Assembly: GCA_903813345.2 (NCBI GenBank)
Contig: CAIIXF020000001.1
Span: 19,468,001-19,532,000, forward strand
Length of the DNA stretch: 64,000 bases
Direction: 5' to 3'
From: Owenia fusiformis
Lineage: Eukaryota
The position numbers were made by a program, and so were the translations under genes. This document shows, one piece after another, positions 27,328 through 38,720 of this stretch; positions within the stretch are counted from its first letter, which is position 1; every line of letters starts with the position of its first letter. The notes beneath the pieces were generated by a model. It was not told where the DNA came from. It worked only from the letters and a program-made list of their open reading frames with translations, and searched no databases.

Positions 27328-29937
27328 GTAAGTGAAGGACTGCCATGACACACTATGTATACGACTAGTATTTATACTTTCACAGATCAAAATTGATATT
27401 TTTGCGAGTGAATACTCATAACTGAATCTGATTTAATCAATTATAGTCCTATTATATTGGCACATTTAATTTAATTCCATCCCATTCTAGAATATTGAAT
27501 AAAGCCATTCCTTTGTAGATAGACCTGGTTTGGATTATGGTAAACCAGATCAGTTTATTTGCTGCATTTCATTTCAAGATTGAAAATGTCTGGTTGTGAG
27601 TGTTATAAAGAAATATGGGGCAATATCTCTGAGAAATTGCACTATTGGGAATGGAAGAATCTTATTCTAAAGCCAATAACCATATATTTGATTGCTACAT
27701 TAATAGCTTGGATTCCGGTTGTATTATACAGGTTCAAATTCAGTATCATGCATATGGGACCTCATGGTTTTCCCACTTATCCCAAATTCTGGCAATAATC
27801 AGTTGTGAGATCATAGGCATTCGATAGAATGAATATAAAATGAAATTATTTTCATATACGTACTACATCTAAAAGATTATGCTATGATATCTCTTTATCT
27901 ATTTTAACACAGGCATTAACATGCAAAATATCACCACCTGCCATTTGTTACAGACTCCAACCACTGTAACAAACGCTGATTGTAGTTACATCCACCAAAC
28001 AACAACCAGTTAACACCATCACAAAAATTTGAAGACTATAACAATATGTCATCACTTCTGGTCGATGACATAAAAATGTCCTTTTTCAGCATTAGTATAA
28101 AGAGACTAATCACACCCTGAGGTCTGATATTTTCCTCCAGGTTTCACTATATTGTATATTATTACAATCAACTATATTATACAAGTGAGAACAATTGAAC
28201 AATGATACAATCTTAAGTTCATATTACAATTTAATTGTAAGGCAACATAAATTGTTCCTGGAAAGATTTTTGATTAATGACAGACATGTTTAGCGGGCAT
28301 TACAGCGTTCATTCAAAACAACTTTTGTTCACTATACATAGTATTCAAAAATCAATTGATAAATGATTGTTAAAAGTAATCCCACGGGGGTCTCTGTGTT
28401 AATCCAGATATGGTTACCACTGGATCTAGAGGTAGGAACAACTGAAAACGTGTGAATCAAAATCGGCTTTTATCTGAATTCAATAAAATTCTCAATAAAC
28501 TAGCTAAATAAATCTGTAATTTCATGTTGTTCCTCTCCCACTTATAACTTCTGAAATGTATTGTTGCTAAAATTGGGTTCTACAGATTGTCGTTATCAGG
28601 CAACTCTTTCAATATATATACAAGGCACTTACATACAAAATGTTACCACCTGCCATTTGTTACAGACCCTGACTATCAAACACCAACAACAAAAATGATG
28701 GAGAGTACAACTTGCGGTGATGACGTCAAATACTATATCTGAACACCTCTCTAATCTAAACACCTCTTCATGGGAACACTTTTTCTATCCAAATTTTGTA
28801 TTCTCCCATTGCCTACCATGTTGGAAAATACCATGTTGGAAAAACTTGAAATGTGAACAGCAGCTGATCTGAACATTTTGGCCAGTCCCAGTTGTGTTTT
28901 TAAACACGTCTTTTATCAAACATTGGAATTTTAAAATGTCCACATTTGGAGGATCATACCTGGTTACAATATGCATTGAGGGACAGAGTCTAGTATGTAA
29001 TTTGATAAAGCTCTCTTTTACATGGAGCCAAATCAAACAATTAGAAAGAATAGCAACAATAACAATGCAACACAAAATGTTTTAGCATGTAAATTAATAC
29101 GATAAGGGGTTTCATTAGCAGCAGGCAACAGGCGATTTTCACCGGTTGTTAATTTTGCCTGTTGTTTTCATTCATATAGCCAGTTGTGAGAAATTCTAGT
29201 GAAACGCCTGGCCGGGGATGACTGACATTTTATTCACAGCTAAGGCACTAATATACTATATGGTGTTTAATACAAATTCAGAGGAATATCTCACTATAAT
29301 CCTGCTTGTATAATTGGAAATTAAACGAAACTTTTGAAAAAAGATGAAGTTTGATTGTAATTATACCGACTTACAATACAGCAATAAGGTTACATGAGAT
29401 AGTTCTGCGCATGCGCCAATCAGATCTTTAAAACTAAGACCTACTGTGCCCAGGTGTACAACTCATGTTTCTTGACAAATAATACATGAGTAAAAGGTTA
29501 ATTGTAACAATAAATTACATTGTAAAGATTAAACCAATTGTAAAACACAAAATTGGATTATACATATTGTAGATGTTTTACTCCATAACGGTAGTGATCA
29601 GGGTAGGGCCTCACTGGGAGGGCATGTAACCTTATTGCTGTATTGTAAGTCGGTATAATTACAATCAAACTTCATCTTTTTTCAAAAGTTTCGTTTAATT
29701 TCCAATTATACCTCCTTACAATACCTCAATATCCGGTTACATGAGATTTTAAAGCCAACTGGGCACATAGGTCAAAAAGGGAAATTAAGTAATATAAATT
29801 CCCTTCAAGGTCAACTGACTGATAAACAACAGACAAATTATGTACAATAAACAAACAAAGCATATTGTTATTAATAAACTACTTAATACAATTTTGACAT
29901 TGTTTTGTCAATGCAAACTCAAACATTTTATGTATTT

Positions 29938-31122
29938 TTATAGGCTTAAGACCGCTTTACCAAACGTTTTTTCATTATCAATGTCCAAAGGTTTATTATA
30001 AAACCTCCTGAAACAACAATCACTGCTCCATCCGGCAGTTTTCAAAATCAAGTCCACATTTACGTCAGATCTGCTAGCCGCAGAAACTGCAGCACTACGA
30101 GTGCTATGACCTTTGAAAGTGTCTGTATCAATACCAGCTCTACTAAGTTCAAGTTTAAGCCAACGACTTATTGTATCTTTAGACACCGCTTTATGGGGCT
30201 TGATAGTACTAACAAACAATTTTGATTCACCAGCCCTTAATTTTTCAGTTCGTTGTATGTACTCTTTCAACGTTACTACAACACAGAGACTTGGGTCATC
30301 ATACGTATGGAGTTTGATAATTGGATTTGATTTTCCAGGTTTTGATTGTTTTACATTGTCATATATTGTAAACACATAGCAGTCTTTCTCAATTATGAGA
30401 TTGTTTAGTGACAATAGATGTAATGTTTGTGCTCGTTGTGCAGAAACCAACGCAATTAGCATGATAAGTTTCAACGTTAATTCAAGCAATGTTATTTTTT
30501 CTATTGGGAAATAACTCTGCAAATGTCTCAGAACCACACTGACATCCCAAGTTTTCGTATATCTGGGTAAAGGGGGATTCTTATTAAAGATACCTTTCAT
30601 AAACCTCACCACTAGAGGGTGTTGCCCAAAAGATGTCTCTGTTTTGGGAAAGTTAATACATGATGAGAGCGCACTGCGAGCGGTATTAATGGCACTGTAG
30701 CCTAGATTATCTACTGATAATGTCATTAAAAATTCCAAACCTAACTGTAAAGTTCCTTGAACTGGATCAATTTCCCTCGTATTACAGAACGAAATCCATT
30801 TCTTGAGATAAACCTCGTATTGTTTCTGTGATTTTGGTCTCCAAGATTGTAGGATGATTTCGGTAACTGGGACAGAAAGTCCTTGTTTCTGGAGGGAATT
30901 CCTGACAAGTGACAAGCAATTAATGTCAGTTTTCTCAACGGATGTTGTGCCTCTGGATTGTATGGTAGGCTTAGGATCTTCCGTCCTTGGGGTAGCACAA
31001 CTGGATGTGTGGTTAAAAGGTTCAACATCTTTGGCCACCACGGTTGAGTGGGCCAGAGGGGCAAGATCAAGAGAACGTCGGCTCTGTCGTGTTGAATTTT
31101 GTTCAGCACTCTCATCAGAATA
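29938..31122 (-). CDS. DIRS tyrosine recombinase
   Basis: Catalytic R (SAQRAQ), HSTR, GW and Y (FRRFY); overlaps the pol 3' end; start placed at the predicted splice acceptor. Confidence 0.92.
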   Translation of the reverse strand, partial: YSDESAEQNSTRQSRRSLDLAPLAHSTVVAKDVEPFNHTSSCATPRTEDPKPTIQSRGTTSVEKTDINCLSLVRNSLQKQGLSVPVTEIILQSWRPKSQKQYEVYLKKWISFCNTREIDPVQGTLQLGLEFLMTLSVDNLGYSAINTARSALSSCINFPKTETSFGQHPLVVRFMKGIFNKNPPLPRYTKTWDVSVVLRHLQSYFPIEKITLLELTLKLIMLIALVSAQRAQTLHLLSLNNLIIEKDCYVFTIYDNVKQSKPGKSNPIIKLHTYDDPSLCVVVTLKEYIQRTEKLRAGESKLFVSTIKPHKAVSKDTISRWLKLELSRAGIDTDTFKGHSTRSAAVSAASRSDVNVDLILKTAGWSSDCCFRRFYNKPLDIDNEKTFGKAVLSL

Positions 31123-32972
31123 CTGAAAGGCGGAAAAGCATAATAAGTGACCATACTATTCCATGTTTTTGAGAATGCATCAATGAATTCAGCTTCTGGA
31201 TCTGGTCTCCAAGATGCGTACTTCCCAAGCTGATTGTTCAATCTTGATGCGAACAAATCTAGAATTGGATTGGGAAACATGTCAATGTTGCAAATATCTG
31301 CAAAAACCTGTTCATCAAGCATCCATTCAGTCTCATCATGGAAAATGCGAGACTCGGAATCAGCTTCGACATTTTCAATACCTGCAATGTGAGATGAAGA
31401 CAGCCAAATGTCACGAAAAATACACCATTGCCATATTTGTTTGGCTAGAATATTGCAGTCAATAGATTTTGAGCCACCCATGTTGTTGACATATGTCATA
31501 GCTGTAGTGTTGTCAGTCTCGACTCTCACGTGTTTGTTTCTACCAGACCTACAAAAGGTTTTGAGTGCAAGAAATATTGCTAATAATTCCAGGTAATTAA
31601 TATGGTGTCTAGACTCAACGTAGTTCCACCGTCCACCAGTTCTGGTATTATTTGTCACATCAAACACACCCCATCCTGCCATGCTACTATCTGATCGCAA
31701 TACATGCTGTGGGTCTATAACAGAGATAGGGTTAGTGGCATTTTTAATATGACGAATCCACCACCTGATTTCATTTTGTGCATCAAGATTCAATGCGATC
31801 TTCGTGTCAAAATTCCCACAGTTTTGGGATAAAGCTAACGATTTATTGTTATCCATGTGACGGTAATATAACCGACCATACCTGACACCAGGAAACGAAG
31901 CTACCAATGTTCCAATAAGTTTTGCAAGCTCTCTTATAGAGATCTTGTTTTTTCGACGCAACGTCTCAATGCATAGCGATTGAATAGCGACTGCTTTGGT
32001 TTCTGGTAACTTCACTTCCATGGTGTTAGAATTGATTTCGAAACCAAGAAATTTGATTACCTGTTTTGGGATCAGATCACATTTTTCAGGATGTAGCATA
32101 AAACCAAGATGCTGTAGGTGGTCAATTGTTGTAGCAATGTTGCGTTTACATTCCTCATATGAGTCTGAAATCAAACAACAATCGTCGATGTAATAAACAG
32201 ACATGAAACCTTCATTTCTCAGTTTTGCAAAAACTGGCTTCATAATCTTAGTAAAAATGCGCGGTGCAGATGACAAGCCCTGCGCTAAACATGTGTATTG
32301 GTATATGGTATTTTTCCACTCAAACTGAAGGAACTTCTGAGATGTCTCAGACACGGGTACGCTATAGTACGCGTCTTTTACGTCCAAGGTACTCATATAG
32401 CAATTTTCGGTTATCATGTTTATGACACTTTGAAAGTTTTCCATTTTGAAATGTTGATATTCCACATGTTCATTGAGATTTCTCAGATTCAGAATTGTTC
32501 TTTTTGTACCATCACTTTTAGGTGTGAGGAAAATTGAAGATAAATAGCCAATCTTTGAATGCTCAACTGGTTTTAAAATGCCTCTTTCGAGAAATTTTTG
32601 AATTTCGGCTTCTACAGCTGAGCATTCTGAATCTGAGAAAATCATTGGTCGTGGATGGTCAGATCGTGGGATAGCGTTAACATCGATAAATTCAATATCA
32701 TATCCAGCTATTGCATTCAAAATAGTTTGATCTGAAGTGATTTTCTCCCATTCTGAATAGAAGTATTTCAATCTACCACCTTTGAAATGTTTTAATTGAG
32801 ATCTAAGAAAATCTCTTACCTCACTAGGTTCATGATCATTTGCATCTACTTGTTGGACTGTTTGTTGTCCTGGTTCTGGGCCGTGTTGCCTCTTCCTTTT
32901 CCTCGAGAGGATTTGTTTTGGGCGTAACCCTGCCGCTGACTGTAGTTGCGATTCTGGCCTTGGCCTAAAAAA
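30741..32972 (-). CDS. pol: DIRS pol: reverse transcriptase, RNase H and Dam-like methyltransferase domain
   Basis: YIDD RT motif; RNase H motifs SDSS..GWG, HINYLEL, TDN, NVEAD; MT-like DLFAS...YAFPPF. The frame is open upstream of the listed TTG (32771) into the end of gag, in the -1 frame. Confidence 0.93.
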   Translation of the reverse strand, partial: FFRPRPESQLQSAAGLRPKQILSRKRKRQHGPEPGQQTVQQVDANDHEPSEVRDFLRSQLKHFKGGRLKYFYSEWEKITSDQTILNAIAGYDIEFIDVNAIPRSDHPRPMIFSDSECSAVEAEIQKFLERGILKPVEHSKIGYLSSIFLTPKSDGTKRTILNLRNLNEHVEYQHFKMENFQSVINMITENCYMSTLDVKDAYYSVPVSETSQKFLQFEWKNTIYQYTCLAQGLSSAPRIFTKIMKPVFAKLRNEGFMSVYYIDDCCLISDSYEECKRNIATTIDHLQHLGFMLHPEKCDLIPKQVIKFLGFEINSNTMEVKLPETKAVAIQSLCIETLRRKNKISIRELAKLIGTLVASFPGVRYGRLYYRHMDNNKSLALSQNCGNFDTKIALNLDAQNEIRWWIRHIKNATNPISVIDPQHVLRSDSSMAGWGVFDVTNNTRTGGRWNYVESRHHINYLELLAIFLALKTFCRSGRNKHVRVETDNTTAMTYVNNMGGSKSIDCNILAKQIWQWCIFRDIWLSSSHIAGIENVEADSESRIFHDETEWMLDEQVFADICNIDMFPNPILDLFASRLNNQLGKYASWRPDPEAEFIDAFSKTWNSMVTYYAFPPFSILMRVLNKIQHDRADVLLILPLWPTQPWWPKMLNLLTTHPVVLPQGRKILSLPYNPEAQHPLRKLTLIACHLSGIPSRNKDFLSQLPKSSYNLGDQNHRNNTRFISRNGFRSVIRGKLIQFKELYS

Positions 32973-34075
32973 TGATTCTGGCCTCGTCCACGTCCACGTG
33001 TGCCACGTCCACGGTTTCCTCGGCCTCGATAACTGCCACGATAACTGCCTCGAGACTGATTAAAGACGCTTGAGTTAATCTGGGTCTTATTCATTTCTGA
33101 AATATCCTTGACTCTCTTGGTAATGTCATCCCCAAATAAAAATGTTGTTACAGGGGAGGTTTTGTCGCAGAGATGTTTGAAACTATGGGCAATGTCTGGT
33201 TTTATCAGCTCACGCCTTCTCATGTTAAACTTGTAGTTCGACAAACACATCATTTGTATGCTGTCATAAAGCAAATTTGCCATATTGCCAAATTGATCTT
33301 GGAATTCATCCGTCTTTCCTCCGACTGCAGTTTTCAGTGAATCCAAAACCTCTAAGGCTCTAGAAGTAGCCACTATGGAACACATCATTGGCTTGAGAGC
33401 TTGTTGCATTTTGATGTCACTCGAGCGGACCTCACTAGAGATGCGGCTCCATATTTGTTCGTTCCCCCTAGCAGCACATACAAGAGGGGTATTCGAAGGG
33501 GTTTTGTAATCATCAAGTTTTTGGCTTTCTTCGTCTCCCTTCAAAACATTCTGTATTAGATCATTAAGTAGGCTTGACATAGCCTTGTTTAATGGTGGTC
33601 CTTGACCCTCATTTGATTTATTGACCTTTGATTGTAACTGTTTCATTAGGTCGGAAGTATCCTCATTTTCACTGGATACTGTATCATTGTCTATACACGT
33701 TTGCATATCAGTTTTCATTTTCTTCACTGGTGTTTGATCAGAATCATCATGATCATTATCATTATACGAATCATCATCAAACTGGTCATATTCGTATCCA
33801 CTTTGAATGGTTTCTTTTAAATCTTGCAATGAAGATGACATCATTTCCGTCAAGTCACTCATGCCTGAAGAAATACTAGATGTTATAGCCTCCGTGATGT
33901 TTTTAATATCATCGTTCTTTCCTGATTTCCTAGGAATTGTTTTTCGAGGCGTTTTCTTTTTTACACCTGATACAGACGGAGTTTCGTCTAGGATGGAATC
34001 ATCTAAATCCATTTTCTCACATTCAGATGGGGTCTTGGCCCCTAATGGTTTATCTCTCACCATTTGTGAAGTCAT
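32846..34075 (-). CDS. gag: DIRS gag-like ORF1 (409 aa, RG-rich C-terminus)
   Basis: ATG start; RRELIKP...LFGDD motif and RG-rich tail characteristic of DIRS ORF1. Confidence 0.88.
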   Translation of the reverse strand: MTSQMVRDKPLGAKTPSECEKMDLDDSILDETPSVSGVKKKTPRKTIPRKSGKNDDIKNITEAITSSISSGMSDLTEMMSSSLQDLKETIQSGYEYDQFDDDSYNDNDHDDSDQTPVKKMKTDMQTCIDNDTVSSENEDTSDLMKQLQSKVNKSNEGQGPPLNKAMSSLLNDLIQNVLKGDEESQKLDDYKTPSNTPLVCAARGNEQIWSRISSEVRSSDIKMQQALKPMMCSIVATSRALEVLDSLKTAVGGKTDEFQDQFGNMANLLYDSIQMMCLSNYKFNMRRRELIKPDIAHSFKHLCDKTSPVTTFLFGDDITKRVKDISEMNKTQINSSVFNQSRGSYRGSYRGRGNRGRGTRGRGRGQNHFLGQGQNRNYSQRQGYAQNKSSRGKGRGNTAQNQDNKQSNK

Positions 34076-36958
34076 TTTAGCTGTAACTTGCTAGTACTGT
34101 TTAGTAATTGCACTGATATTTAGCTGTTCAGAATGCGAAAACATGCAGCTATATTGTACAACTTATTTGCATGTAGGCTAGTGATATTGTAAGCATGTGC
34201 TCACGCGTATTATTCACTTTTACTTTATCGCAATTGGCTAACAAAAGAACCGTTTGACTGAAAACACAGTGGAGTGTGTGCAACGTAACTTTTAAACCAA
34301 TCCAAGGCCTGGTTTATAGTTAATTAGCGTGTATTAAATACAACGCTCACTTGATCCCTATAGGAACAGTTATTCAATAGCGTATTCAATAAGTTAATAG
34401 ATGTAAAACAAATCGCTATAACCTCTGATCAGGTTTGAAGCGTTGTTATTTATCAATATAAATTGAAGGTTGAGATCTCAGATCTACAACAGTGAATACT
34501 ATTTTCTGAAACAACCAGACTTGGCCGGTGTTCAGAATGTGTAATGATAAAAACACTACTTTCTTATCGTACATGAAATTCAGACGTACCGATCATAAAT
34601 TCCATAAATACATATAAATATGTATGTGATATATGTGCACTGTGATATACTACCACCAGTAACACTATCAATTGTGGAGTCTACAAATAGACGTCCACTC
34701 GGCTTGCATGTCAGCAAGAACTCTGATTGGCGCATGCGCAGAACTATCTCATGTAACCGGATATTGAGGTATTGTAAGGAGGTATAATTTTATTGATATA
34801 CTTTGTTTTCTATAGACTCTATACCTGAAGCAGTTTCCATGGTGATACTTGTTAGTCTTCAAGCTTTCTCAGACAGTTGCACTTGCAAAAGTTTTCTCCG
34901 TGCAGATTTGAATCTTCACTTTTTATCAAAAACATTCAAGTAAATGTATGTATAATTCGTTCTTGATGACTTTTGTTATTTCTACTCCAAGTAACATTTT
35001 GGGTATACTAGACAATCACTAAAAAACCAAACATCATTTTACATGAAAACATGGTATGAAAATTGACAAAGCATTACTGATATCTGCAGTTATATGACAG
35101 CTCCAATAAGCCACAGTTAGATTTCTAATACCAAGGAGAGAGATTCCATTACCGATCTGACAGAATCTTCGTCAATGCATAAACTTCTCATTATCAAGTT
35201 TCGGTGAATCAAATAATAAGACAAGATAGATCCCACTTAGGACTCAACCTCGGGGAAAACATAGCCAATTGGGTAATTGAATTGACTGAAACACATATAC
35301 GAGCTCATAGTAATCATGATTACAAAGCAGCTATATGATCGCCTGGTAAATGTATTCAATGAAGCATGGAAATTGTACAAGTGTGACTGCTTTGGAGTCA
35401 CGATTTGTCATCAAATCACTGGCCCACAGCAGGATGATACTAACCGGTGTAAGTAGCATCCAATATGGTGGACAGATGACAGAATGTGTACACTAATGTT
35501 AAACCTACAATTTTAGTGAAACCAAGAAAAATCTGATTCTAAATATTTTGTCATATAAAGAAAAGAAATGCTCAACCACCTTTAGGATGATACTAACTCT
35601 AACTCAAATTGCATTTGGTTGACAAATAGGTGACAAAACGAACTGTATGGGGACAATACATTGGTAAATACTCCACTGAGTTGGTTTAATCAATGGTGAT
35701 TTTATAAGTTAGTATATTCATCCATTTGAGTTAGTGGACCAGTGAAATGAGCATCGATGAAGGCAATGAACCATTAGAAGAGACAGATCTTTGGTCTGGT
35801 ATCAATAAAGTTCTTCAACTTAAAAAATGAACCTTGTATTTTCTTCCCCTACAGGTACTCTATAATGAAACCACATGATAGCCTGCGTTTGAGCTGCTAA
35901 TATGTTTTTTCTGTTTTCTATTTTGGGTAAATAGTTTTACGTTGGTATTTGTGGGAAAGTACTCATGAGCCTAGCTTCATTTATGGTTTGATAGACAGGA
36001 GTTTTACAAATATCAAATTAAATACAGATAAATCTCAAGTGTGAGATATATAACACATGTATTTAAGCTTGAATATAGAGTACAACATGTTTATGTGAAT
36101 TACCTTTGAATTTCTTGTCTCTAACCTATTATAGCATCATGTTATACATGTTTGATGCATTAAAACCCATTCCTTTGAGATTATTTCAAATGCTTATCTC
36201 TTAACAACAGAGATTTAGGATGAAAACTATGGGAAAGAACTTTAGCCTATTTTTAATATGAACCATTCTAATATCTAGAAAGGAATCAGTAACATAGTCT
36301 TTGAATGTCAATTTAATAAAGCTGTTTGTGATTAAACAATTCTGTATAAGCATCATTTTGATATTCCCCATTGTATGACCTGATCATATTTGCACATCAT
36401 TAGTTAATATGATTGATTCTGCTTGTCATGTGATGTCATATAATCTACGAAATTGTCTGAGTAAAATATTAAACAATTTATCATCAGACATTTATCAATG
36501 TTCCTATGTTGATTCGCTATATGTCATCATAACCCCTCCCACACACTGCGATAAAATAACTGAACAATTTAGAAGCAATATGTGTTATGAATTATGATTT
36601 CTCATAAAAAACAAGACCCAACTGCGCCTCACTTGGAAGAGTCAACATGCAGTGGGTCTTCTAACATTTTTACTTCCTTGGTTTAGGAGTTATTCATAAT
36701 GAGAAATCATGGCCTTTAGCTTCACACTAGTATTTCTGGTTGAAGACAGAAAGATGTGATGAGTATCAGAATGGGAGTTATTACCCTTTGTATTTATTTG
36801 ACTTGCTGTCATAAAACAGAGCTTCTCTAGTTTGTCAATAGACTCTGTCCTCCCTCAGGATACTAATTTGGCATGCAGTTGGTCTAATATCAGATTTATC
36901 AATATTTTCTTCACTTGGTTAGGTAACTAAATCAATCGAATTATTGTCATTATTATTA

Positions 36959-37156
<198 letters not shown>

Positions 37157-37269
37157 CTAAAAGTATAAATAAAATCACATGATCAATAGGCTGGTATGAT
37201 TTATAGTAATTTTAAACATGGATTTTTGCTTTGATGTCCTAGTTTTGATATATTTTTGATTTACTTATA

Positions 37270-37442
37270 CAGTAAAACCTGTATAATGGAACACCTGGGG
37301 TACATCAAAATAGTGTTCCACTTGAGAGGTGTTCTACTTATAGAGGTTCATTTTATGTAAGTTAATGAGTAAAAGGACATTATGTAGTCCAATTATAGAG
37401 GTGTTCAACCTGAAGATGTGTTCCACTTTACAGGCTTTACTG
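37270..37442. mobile_element. Tc1/mariner-type MITE
   Basis: TA|CAGTAAAACCTGT ... ACAGGCTTTACTG|TA. Confidence 0.75.
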
Positions 37443-37623
37443 TATTGGATTTTGTGCTTCGATCATGAGTTCAGTTCATCATACATGTACATATACATGT
37501 ATGTACCTAAGTACAAAATATCACAACATGATTGCAAACAGCTTTCATTATAGTCTTGTTTCTTGAATGTACCAAATTTTTGCAGCTATACAGATAACAA
37601 TTTCACTTTTAGGTTTTCATCTA

Positions 37624-37801
37624 CAGTAGAACCTGTCTAAGTGGAACACCCTTAGGAACAAAGAAATGTGTTCCACTTGCAAGGTGTTCCACTTACAGGG
37701 GTTAATTAACATTGAGTAAATTGACCATGAGACTTTAAAAACAGTGTTCCACTTGTAAGGTGTTCCACTTACAGAGGTGTTCCACATAGCAGGTTCTACT
37801 G
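37624..37801. mobile_element. Tc1/mariner-type MITE
   Basis: TA|CAGTAGAACCTG ... CAGGTTCTACTG|TA. Confidence 0.75.
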
Positions 37802-38720
37802 TATTTATCATCACAACTTAGAAAACCTGTCCATGGAGAAAAGAATTATATAAAGAGAATAAATTGCATTTCAAATCTATGTTTTACAATTTGCAACCAT
37901 CCCATATCAGTGCTACAATTTTCATATTCTTTATAGAGGAGAATTTTGGTTTTATAAAATACATGGAGGTGCTGCGCCTCAGAGGTTTCAATGTACGGAA
38001 AGCACTGCATATACATTGTATATTTACTACATAGAAGGAAATGGATAGTGATTCCCTAATCAACAAAGAATCTTAATCCTCACAACACAAGTTGAAAATG
38101 AAAAAAATATGTAGAGATTTTAGTCCAACTCTCTATTAGAACATATTAAATTACTAGATGTTAATAAAAAGACAAATTGAGAATAAACTTGTAATCTGTA
38201 ATTTGATCAGGAATTGTAAAAAAAACTTTATCCTTTATATTTGAGTAGTTGTAATTTCACACAGGTCTAGATGCAGACTTTGTGAGTCAACAAATTTCAA
38301 GATAACCTCAATGTTCTTTAAAGATACTCTCACTGCTGCGTCTGGGATCATTCAGCAGCAGAGACAAGGTTTACCTTTCACTATAAGCTACCATGTGTAT
38401 TTTCATATTTGGAAGAAACATCAAATAAACAGTACTTATGTTTGCCTATTATGACCTTATCTATCAATAAATTATTCTAATATCTGAAAGAAGTTAAATG
38501 GCAATGACAGCCTTTGTGAAATATTGCGTTTCCATGACTCCAATTTCAGGAGGGTCAGAGCATTAAGTACCATGAGAGTTAGTATAAAAGTAGAAAAAGC
38601 AGTATTTTATGATTCTAAAAGAAAACCAAACAATGAGAAAGGGTAATGTTACAATTGTTGAATTATACAGACTATCCACACACTTGGACAGTCCCAGTGG
38701 TGTTCAGATAAGACAGGTTT

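Larger units (their letters stand above)
29308..34789 (-). mobile_element. Full-length DIRS1-type tyrosine-recombinase retrotransposon in NKAIN intron 2
   Basis: gag, RT-RNaseH-MT and YR ORFs; 37-bp perfect ITR core (29388-29424 / 34722-34758); internal complementary region 29623-29747 complementary to both termini. Confidence 0.96.

Noticed and set aside
30113-34094. Plus-strand ORFs antisense to the DIRS genes
   Set aside because: Short, non-ATG or motif-free; expected antisense shadows.
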